A stretch of DNA of 64,000 nucleotides from Haplodiscus bocki (taxonomy: Eukaryota). This document shows positions 25,836 through 37,753 of this stretch, piece after piece. The notes beneath the pieces were generated by a model. The model did not search any database. It was not told where the DNA came from and worked only from the letters and a program-made list of their open reading frames with translations. Every line of letters starts with the position of its first letter. The first letter of the stretch is position 1. The stretch lies in the NCBI GenBank assembly GCA_965655095.1, contig OZ296652.1, positions 64,480,001 through 64,544,000 of the forward strand. Reading direction: 5' to 3'. The translations under genes were made by a program, and so were the position numbers.

Positions 25836-26986
25836 CTGCTGCTAGTTTATAGCGAACGTTTTCCAATGTTGGAAATATGAAATAGCAACCCGGCGTTTGA
25901 TTTCTTGGAAAATCTTTACGCCGGGAATCCCGAAAAATGCCGGATTTCCTGTTAGAAATTGTTGAAGTCTGAGTTTCCTGGTGGGGTTCTTAGATTCCTT
26001 AAACTTTTGCTCGGAATCCTGTATTCCTATGTTTCCTGGTATGATGTAGGTTCAACATGTGAATGTCTCAAGTTCAACAATCACTTCTTCAAAAAAGTTC
26101 CCATCTTCCTTTGGGACACCTTTGTCCGTAAAACAAGTCTCAATAATGGGTGAGTAAAGACAATATCAGTCTTTTTCAGAAAAAAAAATCGAAGCTGAAA
26201 TATTTGTTCATTTTTTCAAAGGCTGACAATTTGTGATTAGGTTTCATTATAATCTGATCCAGGCCCATAGAGATAAAAGTTGGCATGCATAATATCGGAG
26301 CATAGCCAGAGCTGCCATTAGATCTGACTTGAACAGTGAAATTTGTAGATCTTTCTCTGTTCGTAACTTCCTTGGATAGCAAAGTTTCTAATGCTAATTC
26401 TCCCGTGTGTTTCGCGATTAGCAGGACTGAGTTGTTATTCCGTTGCCATCTTTTTGAAGTTATGTTTTCAAAACTCTCTTCCGTTCGTCTTTTTCTCACG
26501 GAAAAATTTTCGATCGTTTTCTGTTGGCAATTTTTTCAACTAGCAAAAATTTAGATCTTTTTCCAGTTTCTTTTCGAACTGTACAGATTTTAGTTCGTGT
26601 TCCATCCGTGTTTCTTCAAAAAAGCAAATTTCAGAGTTTTTTCTATTTGTGTCCAGTAACTTTCAAAACACTTCTATATAATTTTCACAAAATCATGTTG
26701 AAATCGGGTGAATTATGCATTAAACCTAAATTTATGAGCTTTTAAGGGGATAATTTCATTAAATTTTTGCAACCTCAGATTTTCAGGAATCAATCGTGAA
26801 AAATTTTTGAATGATTCTGGAAAACCTTGGAAGATCTTGATTGTCCGGGCTTTCATCTTGAAGATTTCATCAAACACGGGAGCCTTGTCTTTGGCGTTCC
26901 TGGTCATATTCTAGGAATATTGATTCTCGTTTTAAGAACACTCGATTTCCTAGATATTTGTTCGTGATGTTGAAAAGTAATGGTAA

Positions 26987-28422
26987 TGTCGGGAAAGTAT
27001 GCCGCGGTGGTCAGAGGTGGTAGTGTCGAGAACTTAGAGAATCCCGGTCCTTCACTGTAAGGCGACTCGTACTGGTGTCCGAACCTTCGGGAATTCGCCG
27101 TCGTAGATTCTTCAGTCAAATTGCGCCGGATTAAGCGGTCCATCATCTCGGTAAGGGCAGAGATTTGCGCATGTAGAGGCTCAAGGCTCTCCTTTATCCT
27201 CTCATCCACTAAATCTGGAGAAAATCTAATGCTATTCTCTGCGCTGCCCTCAATTATTCCGATTTCCGTTTCTGCGTTTTCATCTCCGTGCGTTGACATT
27301 TGTGGTTGCGTTCTCAAGTTGTTTGAATTTCCATTTCCGAATGTCTCAAACTTATAAGAAAAGCTCATGCAATTGACAAGAGGTAAATTAGAACTTGGGC
27401 CGATATATTCGTTCAGATAGTATGATTTTCTAAAGGTTACAACAGCAAGTTTAAGTCTTGACATAAAACGATGTATCACAATGCAGGGCGCAACTGATTG
27501 TTATAATCGTTATAACTTTCGCTGGCGTTTACGTAGTTAATTCGGTGATTCTCTGGTTTCTGCTGGTTCTGAATTTTTAACTCTTCGCAGTCGGATTAAA
27601 AAGTCACGTAACCGATGGTAAGACTCAATTATTACCATCGGTGAGCTCTTATTGGCTCGATGGCTTACGTGCTAACTAGCTAATTACTGAATGACGCGCA
27701 AATCCACCGCTAAAACGACAAAACATGAGTTTTATCAATAATTCGGAACCATTTCTGCATAAATTAAATATGGCGCAAATAAGATCTAAATCATTAAAAT
27801 AAGGGCTGTAAATGCATTGCGCATGGGTTCAGATACTATTTGTGGGGGGGGGGTGTTTAGGGCATTTTCCAATGTACATGGGAAAATGTCTGTATCCCTG
27901 ATGTATCAGCTAACTCGGTTTTAGTACTCTTACATGTGGGTATTGTTCGCCTGGGACATCGAAATATGTCTTAGTACTGATACATCATGTAATTTATTGA
28001 GCAGACGTCGGAAAATGTCTGCTTACATGTAGTCAAATATTCAGCACATTGTAGTTTAGCATCGGAAAGTGTCCAAGATCTGGCGGAGGCTGCTCCCCCG
28101 ACCGAAACCGATGTGTGTTGTCTAGCGTATACCCATCCGTGTTTTAGTCATCGATTTCTGTCGTTAGTTCAGCTGCGGAGTCAATGTCTACCGTTTCTCA
28201 TCTTGGATGGATGGAAAACGATGTAAATCTTTACTTTCTCCCAAATCCATTCTGCTTCTGTCTTACCTACTGCTATTACTCTCTCTAACTTAGAGTCTCC
28301 GTGTGTGCTTATAGCAGAATGGATTTCCTAGTGCAAATATCGGGACGGATGTTTTCCGATGTGGTGCAGACTCGGCTCAATACAACTCTATATAGTCAAT
28401 TTACTGCTTTACAGAGGGTACA
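26987..28422 (-). mobile_element. Probable solo LTR (~1.44 kb) carrying an ORF at its 3' end
   Basis: Ends tgtcggg...gggtaca (TG...CA). Flanks ggtaa and tgtaa match 4 of 5 as a TSD. Minus-strand ORF MSTHGDENAETE...LEPLHAQISALTEMMDRLI...AAYFPD runs to the boundary. Confidence 0.5.
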
Positions 28423-30779
28423 TGTAATTATTGCAGATTTTTGGCTGAAACTTACCGGTGTCTTCTAGTCTCTTAATGTGTATTTTCATCTTTGAGCTTC
28501 AGTTAGAGTGTACCAGCTGTCGAGTCTGTATTATCTTGTCATTTCTGCACTATTGGTATTGATGTTGGCTAACAGCAAATTTATAATATGCTCAGCGATA
28601 CTTGGTTTTACATACTACATAGCATTTTATATAATACATAGTCGAGTTCAATCCGGGGGGAAGGGAATTAATATGACATACTCGCGTTTATTCCTTTTTG
28701 GCTACAAAAGTGGATTAAGATCTTAATCACTATAGTTAGCTTCATACATACAGCACTTAGTCGTAGTTTTAGGGATATGTAGATAACTTAGTATTTCCCT
28801 CATGCGGGCATGACAGGTAAGATTCCCAGCAGGAATATCCAGAATGTGTTGGGAGTTCTAGTACAATCTGGGCAAGGAACTCAGGAAGATTCCATTTCAT
28901 CGGATTGAGGAAGTTTTCCGTGCCAATTTTTTAAGGGAGTTAGTTGCGGAACATTTGGAGAACACGACGTTTTTTTACCGAAGAAAAAGCTGGAGCTTTC
29001 TACTCAGTTTACGCCAAATTCCATGCTTGCATGATCGAAACACAAATTCCCAATCAATGTTTTTGAAAACAACCTATGCCATATTTTGGAGCCCTTTTGT
29101 TGTCTATCATCAAATAAAACAAAGTAAAAAAATGAAGTTTTGTACGATTTGATATGAAGAGTATTATGCAAAGTTACTGGAAAACCTTCTTGTTAGGAAC
29201 GCGAATATTTATATTTTTTTGGTGGAGTTGAAACCTAACACGTGCCATTGTTAAGTGTTGAAATTGTTTTTTATAATGCACGTTCCGAAGAACGTTTTTG
29301 GAGTATCGTCCTCATATGCCATTCAAAAGCTACATAGCAAAGTCTTTAGTCGAACCTAACAAGTGATAAACTCGTGATGAAGGCATATAACCATCGACGC
29401 TAAGCTTCGAGATCGCATTTCAGATAAACTTACAACGTAAAGTTAGTCGTGAACGATCCCTCATACAAATTCTGCAGACTTGTGCTTTATTCCAAACAAA
29501 GTTTTACAAATTAATTGAACGGAAGAATTCTCACGCATCATCTAAAGTTCAGTGCAACACTATCCAATCAAAACCATCACATGTTTATAGGTTTATAGAG
29601 TGGTCGCCTATCACCCAAACGTATTGCGTAGTCGAAAGCTGCAATTGAAGTATTTGATCAACCACACTGATCAACACAAGCATCACTGAGCTAGTACATC
29701 CGAGCGGTCTCCTGTAACTGTAATTGGCAAAACCACTTTTAGAATCAAAGATGATTGATCGTAAACATCATCCACGAGCGCGCAGAAATGTCAAGAGTAA
29801 AAAATTGACGTACGTAATCGTTCCCATCGTGTAAACTTTCCGGTTGAAAGTTGGACGCTAATACATAAATGTGAATAACAGGTTTGAAACTGAAAACCAA
29901 CAGAGTTCACTGCTTGAGTCACGTACCATAAATAACCCACACATTTGGTGCACTAGGGAGATGCAATCATTACCTTTGCTAGCACGATACATTCAAAAAC
30001 TCACTCACTACAATACTTTCTGTCGAAGTTCATAGTTATTTCAAAGGCAGTAAATTTAGGTTGATTCTCACATCTTTTTGCTTTCAACTTTTATTAAATT
30101 CATCTTCAACTCGCAAAATTTCTTTACTCTGTGAAAGAACAACGGAAATTACTCACAAAAGGCCAGCAGCTTTGAAAAATCAGTAGAAAACGTAACCGCA
30201 ATCTTAAATGAAATGAATCAACAAAACTACGGTAAAGCTGACCGAGTTATACACATTTCAGTTGAGGCTAAGATCAAAAACTCAACCGACGTCATCTTCA
30301 TTTTACTCGATAGGCTCTGCGCATTATCAGTCGATCCTGACAATGTGCTTATCACCAGTTTTATGGAGAACATCGTTATCGGTAGGAATAAAGCCAGTAG
30401 GAACTCACGAGCAGTACCGTACGCCACTTAAGCTGGAAGAATTTTGATGTTTGGACACTCAACACTATGATACCAAAAACTTATATACATGGTGAAAACA
30501 TGAGAACTGCGAAAACTCTGGTAGAAAACATAACGTTAAGACAGAGACACACAACAAAATTGATCAAGATTAGAAGAAAATTTTTTGACGTTTCATTTCT
30601 TACAATTGAGCTAGCAGTTGAGAAGTTAGCAACACTTCACCTTTCGGAAAAACAATTGAAAATGGTCACCCTCTTTTGAAACAAAAAGAAACGAACAAAG
30701 CTACTAGTTTCGAAAACGAAAACAAAATGTAGAGATGTATAGCTCCATTCACAATTTGCAACCGTAACACATCAGTTAG

Positions 30780-31352
30780 TATAGTATCGAGGTATAGTAG
30801 GCTAGAGTAAAAAAACAGAACAAAAACAACATTTTTTTACTGTGTACCACAGTGATATAGTATATTATATCACTTTCTTAAAATTTTTTATAGTCTCTCC
30901 TTTATAGGTACATTGAAAAAAAAAACAGCTTCCTCATTTCATTCCTTGTCGGTTTTTCCTAAATACCTAAACAAAAAATTTTTGAAAAAACTGAAAAATA
31001 GAAAAATTATGTCAAAATAAACTCTATCAATGGGAGTACATATCAAAAAAAGTTGTTTTTGTTGATTTTTCTCACTATAGTGTACTCTACTTCGATACTA
31101 TAACAGTCTTGTCAATGGTAGTACACATGAAATTATAAAAATAACAATCTTTTTTCCACCACATGAAAATTCCTGTATAACAATAATGTGGAAACAACGG
31201 TTAAACGAACTTGCACGTGCATTTTTACCTCTTTGTGAGACTAAAATACTACTACTACCACATACACACGTTGCGTTTATAAACTAGTTTTTCTCCTTTT
31301 TTGTCTCCTATAGTAGAATGGCACTGTACTATGACATCGACTAAAGTTGAGG
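30780..31352 (+). repeat. Left TIR of element B; its first ~320 bp is itself an imperfect palindrome
   Basis: tatagtatcgaggtatagtaggctagagta at 30780 matches the reverse complement of 47410-47439. agaatggcactgtactatgacatcgactaaag at 31315 matches the reverse complement of ~46867-46898. Confidence 0.85.
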
Positions 31353-31555
31353 CTGTACTTGATTGCATAGTCGTAGTGTTTATGGTTCACTACTAGCCAA
31401 CGTCCCACTGTATTTGTCAAACAAACGCTTCGATGCTATGGGAGAAACTGTCCAGATCTTGAAGTTTGAAAAAGTTGACTAGGTCGAGGGGCAAATCTGC
31501 TAGGAATGCTCACTTCAATCTGCTTGAAGAAGCAGACATCGTCAGTGGACTTTTT
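31303..31555 (+). ncRNA. Candidate Pol III-type structured RNA, copy 2
   Basis: A-box TAGTAGAATGG at 31311-31321 and TTTTT at 31551-31555. Hairpins tcgac/gttga, tggtt/agcca and tctgctt-GAAG-aagcaga. Confidence 0.55.
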
Positions 31556-31838
31556 GAAATTATTTTCTATGAAAGATAGCTTATACACAAATGGATTCTG
31601 AAGATCCTATCAATGGGTGTATACAGAAACAAAAGGAAAGATTGAAAACTTGAGAGTTATAAAGATATTTATTCTGTAAGACCGCTTTTTTTTACAAAAT
31701 CATTCTGAGGCCCGTATCAATGTGTGTATACAGGAATATTAATAAAATTGAAAACGTGAATTTTTACAAGTACTTTCAATGCAGGATCGTTTTTACACAG
31801 GTTTTTAATTTTTATTTCAAAGAATCTTCTAGAATTAA

Positions 31839-32384
31839 TTGGATTACTATTGCGATGAATGTGATAAAACAATTAAAATTTTTTTAATAAGAAAACATCT
31901 TCAAAGTCTTACACACAACGCATTGGAAAAAAGTATACGAATAAACCACACTAACAAAAATCCTTATCTTTTTGATATATATGAGATATCTAAGGATTTT
32001 ATCACCAATCACAATAAATAATTCGATTTATTTCTCGTTCAATATGATTTTCAATTATTTCTTGATGGAGAGTTATATCCACATATTAAATCTGAATTAC
32101 GAAATAACCCATTATAATTTCGTTTAGACAAGGTTTTATTACTTTGGATTGAATATTTTTTCGGAAGAAGTTACGAATTTTCTAACTTTTATGAAATGAA
32201 TATTACAACTATTAGCAAAAAAAGATATATGACTTATGAATTTCGTCATAAACAACCAATGCAAATGGTTGAAATGAAGTTGAATGTGATACTAGATGAA
32301 AATCCCCATCTCATTAACTCTTTAAACAGAAGTGTTAATCATCCTCTAGTTCGAGAAGATTCTCTATTTCCATTGGAAGCTTAA
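31839..32384 (+). pseudogene. Zinc-finger protein, interrupted; homologue of 354-875
   Basis: YYCDECDK...HLQSLTH in ORF 31839-32021, with the homologous C-terminal part in ORF 32196-32384. Confidence 0.6.
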
Positions 32385-32520
32385 ATGAAATTTTTCGTCG
32401 AATTACAGCCATTTTTTCTTTTGAAAAGATTCAACTTCTTCATGAATAATAGTTTCTAGTCCACTTATACTTTCAACACACATTTTCTCATTATGTTTTT
32501 TTTGATATAAAATTTCTGGA

Positions 32521-32968
32521 CAAAGCATTTGTATAGTAGCACTTCTCAAATTCTTTATTTCATATTCAATGTTTTCGACACCTCCATCTGTAACTTTTAG
32601 CGATATATCATCTATAATAGCCATTACTGTGATGCGATTATATTCATGTTTCTGGATATGTTTCATAAAGTTTCTGAGCAAAGCATTTGTGAAATAGCAC
32701 TTATCAAATTTTTCATTTCATGTTCAATGTTTTCGACACCTCCATCTGTAACTTTTAGCGATATATCATCTATAATAGCCATTACTGTGATGCGATTATA
32801 TTCATGTTTCTGGATATGTTTCATAAAGTTTCTGAACAAAGCATTTGTGAAATAGCACTTATCAAGTTTTTCATTTCATGTTCAATGTTTTCGACATCTC
32901 CATCTGTAACTTTTAGCGATATATCATCTATAATAGCCATTAATGTGATGCGATTATATTCATGTTTA
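32521..32968. repeat. 158-bp tandem triplication disrupting a minus-strand ORF (32403-33099)
   Basis: 'caaagcatttgt' occurs at 32521, 32679 and 32837. Near-identical ORFs at 32646 and 32804 are offset by 158 bp. Confidence 0.85.
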
Positions 32969-33326
32969 AAATTACTTTCAGACAAAATAATATTTATAAA
33001 TTCATGAACATAGTTCAATTTTATTACTCGATCAATGTTATAGTGATCATAGAATGCAAACTCATTACAGAAATCTGAAAATTCTTCGATAGTTTTCATA
33101 TATAAACATTAGAAAAACTAGTTGTTTCAATTATGCAAAAGTGTATGTTGAATAAAATTGATGAACATGATAGTTTCATCACCAATTCACAGATTAAAGT
33201 TGGCAAAGACGATAATTTTGATATCATTCTCAAACATTCACTTTTGTCAATCCCGGGAGGTGTATGAATAATATTTCTCATAGGTTTAATGTTATGGACA
33301 ATGATTAAACCTTTGTTCACTAATAA

Positions 33327-33782
33327 ATGATGGCAACTATATGTTATGATAAATTATGGAGAAGTGAGATTCATAACAACGTTATTGCAAAAAAAAGAGC
33401 ACAAGATATAAACTTTAACCAAATAAAACTCAAAGTAAACGAGACATATAGGAAAAATGAGAAGATAACAACAAAATTTGAACCTTCTAATGATGACGAT
33501 ATTGTAAGCAAAGCTTATCTGGACACAAAAACATCCAAAATAGAGGGTCATATTTCCTTTACAGGAACAGCTTTTAATGAAATTAAGAGTGTTGAAAGAT
33601 CCAATAAACAATCTGATGAGGGGTTTTCAATTGAAAGGGTTGTAAAATCAATATTACAAATGTTTCATGATAAGGGATTAATTGATGATTATGATAATGC
33701 GGATGAAGTACCAAAAGATTATCCACTTTGTGAAAGACTTCGACTTAATTTAGAGGAACTGAATGATATTATCTCAAAGTGA
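33327..33782 (+). CDS. Possible fibre-like virion protein
   Basis: EPSNDDDIVSKAYLD resembles the P-x4-D-x2-(N/T)K-x-Y-(V/L)-D motif of viral fibre proteins. It lies just upstream of the protease in the morphogenesis cluster. Confidence 0.35.
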   Translation: MMATICYDKLWRSEIHNNVIAKKRAQDINFNQIKLKVNETYRKNEKITTKFEPSNDDDIVSKAYLDTKTSKIEGHISFTGTAFNEIKSVERSNKQSDEGFSIERVVKSILQMFHDKGLIDDYDNADEVPKDYPLCERLRLNLEELNDIISK

Positions 33783-33798
33783 GCAATCGGCTCAGCCG

Positions 33799-34210
33799 AT
33801 GATTTCATTCAATGATTTTATTCAGAAACACAATTTGAAAAAAAAGCAACATCAAATATAAAAATTCAACATATCCTTTCTTCTTTAGCTCCAAGTGATG
33901 TGAATATATATTTAAGAGATGAACCAAATACATTTGATGTAGGAGTAACAAGCTGGCAGCCAACAAAAAGAACGCTCGGGGTGGCATACCTTTTTCAAAA
34001 TTACTTCGATTCTTATGGTTGTTCACCTCCTGAAGAACTATCTAGGTTTATTACAAAACAAAACGTGCATTGTTTGTAGTCTGAATACAAAATCCAAAGT
34101 CTGGATTCTTTTTGTGCAGCGTATTGATGTTACATAGTCTTTTCGACAAAAGTCTCAGGAAACAATTTCAATCAACTGTTCCCAATTTGTACCATGACAC
34201 ACTTTCGTAA
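33799..34210 (+). pseudogene. Adenain-like (Polinton PRO) maturation cysteine protease
   Basis: Manual translation gives ...VAYLFQNYFDSYGCSPPEELSRF...SEYKIQSLDSFCAAY. YFDSYG lies at 34002-34019 and the Q-x5-C catalytic motif is present. The His motif (GTHW) is degraded to RTLG. Confidence 0.75.
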
Positions 34211-34399
34211 CAAGTAAATGACGTTACGGAAAAAAACAATTGATAATGGTGTAAGATACGTCAGCAAAGACGACTACTCGCGCAGCGAAAAACCCCACCT
34301 AATTCAAAAAAGAGAGATGGTAAACCAAACACGAGAAACAAAGATGCTGCCAATAACAAATTTCTACAAAAAAATATTACATTAAAAACACTGTAGGAG

Positions 34400-35397
34400 A
34401 AAGAATTAGAACTTTTGAAAAAGTAAACGATTTGTTATTTTTATCTAAAGAACATACTGATACACTTATTGAACAAACAAAGACAAAAACACAGGAAACA
34501 CTCCAAATCAAGCTAAACAAACAAATGACCTTACTTTCAATTTCCCTTCCCAATAACCTTATCGAAGAGGGAAAATGGTTTTTAGCAGGAACAACTTTCG
34601 AGGCAACTAACTCCGTTTTTAACATAACTAATGAGAACAAAAGTTTTTCATTTTTTGAAAGTCAGCAATAGGAGAAATCAAACAGATGTAGGTGAGAATG
34701 AATATAAGTGATCTGATCTTGATGTTCAAAAAAAAGGATAACTGAAGAAAAAAAATTTAGAATTTAACAATCTCGCGAATATTGTTTTCAGAATGCAATT
34801 AACATATAGTGAAAACGGATATAAACTTGACGTGAAATATATTGCAACATCAACTGCCGAATTTACTCTTTTGCCGGGTACATATGAAAATAGTGATCTT
34901 AATTTGATGTTAAAATCTTTACTTCCCGACGATGTAAAATTAAAAATTACAATTGATGATATTAGACTAAGACCAAACTTAACCATTAATAAAACAAAAA
35001 AGTTTACAGAAAAATCTTTCTTTTATACCATTCTAGGTTTTACTCAATCACAACAATGTCGTCTGGATGATCCTTCACAAAGACGCATTGAAAAAAATCC
35101 GGGAACTTATAGGAGTGGAAAACTCATTAGCATTACCGGAATTGATTAGTTCTTCTAAAATGTTATTGCATTAATGGTAGTATTGTTAATGGTGTCAGAG
35201 AACCTATTCAAAACAATTTTCCCCTTGCGAAGCCTCCAGGTCATAAAATATACAATGAATCTATATTCAAACTTTTTGCAAAGATAAGTTTATCTGTTTG
35301 GTCTGGTATCAAATTTTCTTTGGAATTTGATGATCACAAACCAGTTGATTTTATTGTAGAAACCGTAACCTTTACCTAACAACTAGTGAAACTTTGA
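34400..35397 (+). pseudogene. Minor capsid (penton-like) protein 1
   Basis: N-terminal GKWFLAGTTFEATNSVFNITNENKSF and C-terminal LKCYCINGSIVNGVREPI...PPGHKI...DDHKPVDF..ETVTFT are typical of Polinton minor capsid proteins. Confidence 0.7.
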
Positions 35398-35449
35398 CCT
35401 TAGATCAATTTTTAGACCCAACGAAGGTCAAATAAATTATAATAAAAAA

Positions 35450-36558
35450 GTGAACTTAGATAAGTTAAGACCTAGCAACGAAACAGAAGACTTATTACTA
35501 TCAATAAATGAAAACTGTAAAACGCTTATTGAACGAACTCATTCGAAACCACTGGAAACGTTAGAAGCCAAGCCTATCAAACCGTGGGAATTTTTCTCAT
35601 TCAAACCTTCTAATGTTCTTGGCCTTGACTCTAAATGGATGATTGGATTAACATGTTTGGAAGTATACAATTCCATTTTTATTTCAACAGAAGGAAATTT
35701 TGAATTTGAATTTCATACAGATCTTTTTAATGAGTCTTCATTCACGTAATTCACGGATGAGCGTTAGGAGGTCGTTGGTATTTCAGATGACTCACCCGAG
35801 GATCTTCAAGGCAAAATACTCAGATCGCGTTTTTTAAAACCATATAAAAAACCATTTCAGAAAAAAGACAGACCTATGGTTATTACATATTTTCAGGGGT
35901 TTATACTCGATCATCAATTCAAAATTTTGAAAGTTATCTTGGAGATGTAGTTGGATTGGATGAAGATGATGTTCAACTATTTTTAAAACAATTTAACTCA
36001 AATTTTATCACATATGAGTTATCCCCAGTTATTTACTCAATTAAAAATTTTTCAGACGTCATTTACACCATGGGAGATCATGAAGCGACCCTGCAAAGTG
36101 AATATGATGAGATTGGCACGAGAACAAAATTTGATTCAACCCGTTTGGTGGAACTTTTGGAGCCTGAAGGTTCGATGAAAAATCTTTTTTCGACACTTCT
36201 TTAGTTTTCACACCATATTGGGTTTATAAGCCCACTAATACCATTCATGCTGATTCGGCAGCCATATACAATAGTGAAAACATTATAAATTTAGGAGCAA
36301 CAAACAAAGTTCATTTCAAGTGTGGTTGTGTTGATGGGTCTGTAGTAAATTGTTTAAGACAACATATATTGTTTGGTTTCTGTGTTACATAAACCTTTCA
36401 GGTACAAAATTTTTTGAGATGCCGGAACCAAACATTTTAAAAAAGTAAATAAATCTGTTTTGAATACTATAACATTTCACTTAGAAGATGATGATCACAG
36501 AGAATTTAGTTTCAATGGAGAAACGTCGTTTTTTAATTCACAATTATTGAACTATTGA
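35450..36558 (+). pseudogene. Minor capsid (penton-like) protein 2, tandem paralogue
   Basis: SKWMIGLTCLEVYNSIF and C-terminal VHFKCGCVDGSVVN...KKVNKSVLNTITFHLEDDDHREFSFNGET. Same motif order as 34400-35397. Confidence 0.7.
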
Positions 36559-36615
36559 TACCTATCAAAATTTTCAAGGCCGCTTTGAATTTTTTGGTCT
36601 TTCCATACCCAATAA

Positions 36616-37014
36616 ATGAGCTATCAAAAATATAAAACAGATAGTTATTGTGTTGGAGGAAGACACAAATCTGCTACCACAAAAATTGTTGGTGGTATAC
36701 CTTCTAAAGGTAGTAAAGTTTTAATTGGCAACTTTTCAATACGCAATAGGAGAAAATCTATGACTGTCAGTGATAACACAACAGCAGCAGAAAAATTAGG
36801 TGGCTTCTTGAAATCTCTTGGTAAAAAGGGGCTTAATGCCTCAAAGGACATGACGAAAAAATTTTTTAAAAATACTGGAACAACTTTGGAAGTTCGACAA
36901 AACTTTGGTACTACATTTGCATCTCGAAGCCCCAAAGCGGCTTCAACAACATTACCAGATGTGATAAATTCATATCATATGGACAAAAGATTTTTTGTCA
37001 GAATGTTTGTTTAG
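36616..37014 (+). CDS. Basic core or membrane-lytic-like virion protein
   Basis: N-terminal YCVGGRHKS followed by the amphipathic helix LGGFLKSLGKKGLNASKDMTKKFF, reminiscent of adenovirus pVI-like proteins. Function is inferred. Confidence 0.45.
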   Translation: MSYQKYKTDSYCVGGRHKSATTKIVGGIPSKGSKVLIGNFSIRNRRKSMTVSDNTTAAEKLGGFLKSLGKKGLNASKDMTKKFFKNTGTTLEVRQNFGTTFASRSPKAASTTLPDVINSYHMDKRFFVRMFV

Positions 37015-37029
37015 GCTTTTTGTTTAAAT

Positions 37030-37516
37030 AGAGGACTACACCCAGTGTAAAACTTATCCATCTTCACCATTAGAAAAAAATTGATTTCGAGAAGAGATAT
37101 AAAAAAATTAAATGATGTAAGTAGTTTTAACAACCCAAATTTTACCATTAATGGAATGATTAATTACTTCGAAGCAAAAAAATCGTGATTCAAAGAATTA
37201 CTAAATAAAAACACTTGCCTCAGTATTAGAGTCAATCGATACAGTTGTTATTGCGACAAGCAAAACATTTGTGAAGTTAACGGTTACTGGTGTTGGTACG
37301 CTTGTGGTGCCAATTACTGCTGGAACTGCTTGTGCTCTATTTTTAGGTAACAAAGAACTACAAAAGATAATTGTGATCAAGTACATTATGTACAAAGAAC
37401 AATATGAAAAAGATCAACAAACTATTAAATCTTTTGAGAAATTAGTAAGGAAAAGTTTACTAGACAGTCTTTTTGATGAGAAAGATTATGAACCTCTATG
37501 TTATTTTTTTAGCTAA
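37030..37516 (+). pseudogene. Hydrophobic membrane-active Polinton protein (similar to the adintovirus 'gasderminX' class)
   Basis: Gly/Ala-rich hydrophobic stretch LTVTGVGTLVVPITAGTACALFLG followed by a coiled segment. The 5' part is frameshifted. Confidence 0.35.
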
Positions 37517-37627
37517 TACGTTAATGACAATAAAATTGAATCTTTTTAAAAATAAAAATACATATAACCTAATTTTATTTTAGTATTAATAAGATGAAAA
37601 CTCAAGCTGAAACCTAGAACTTAGAGC

Positions 37628-37722
37628 TCTTCTGTTCTGTTGTGTGCTCTTCTGATATCTTCTGATCTAATTTGTTCTGATCTGGTCTGTTCTATTCTGT
37701 TCTGTTCTGTGCTGTTCTGTTT
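37628..37722. repeat. (CTGTT)n microsatellite
   Basis: tctgttctgtt... pentamer run. Confidence 0.8.
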
Positions 37723-37753
37723 TTTGCAATTTGTCTACAAAAAATAAACTGTA

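Noticed and set aside
25381-25845. Cluster of overlapping ORFs in several frames
   Set aside because: Caused by a stop-poor tcttg/caaga repeat.
29150-30700. Possible decayed coding sequence upstream of element B
   Set aside because: No recognisable motif, and it lies outside the TIR. Cannot be assigned.
30720-30780. Exact left terminus and 6-bp TSD of element B
   Set aside because: Only weak similarity beyond 30780 and 47439, and no matching flanking hexamer was found by eye.
32521-32968. CRISPR-like array (also considered for 10389-10623 and 56822-57135)
   Set aside because: Units are contiguous tandem copies without unique spacers, the context is eukaryotic, and there are no cas genes.
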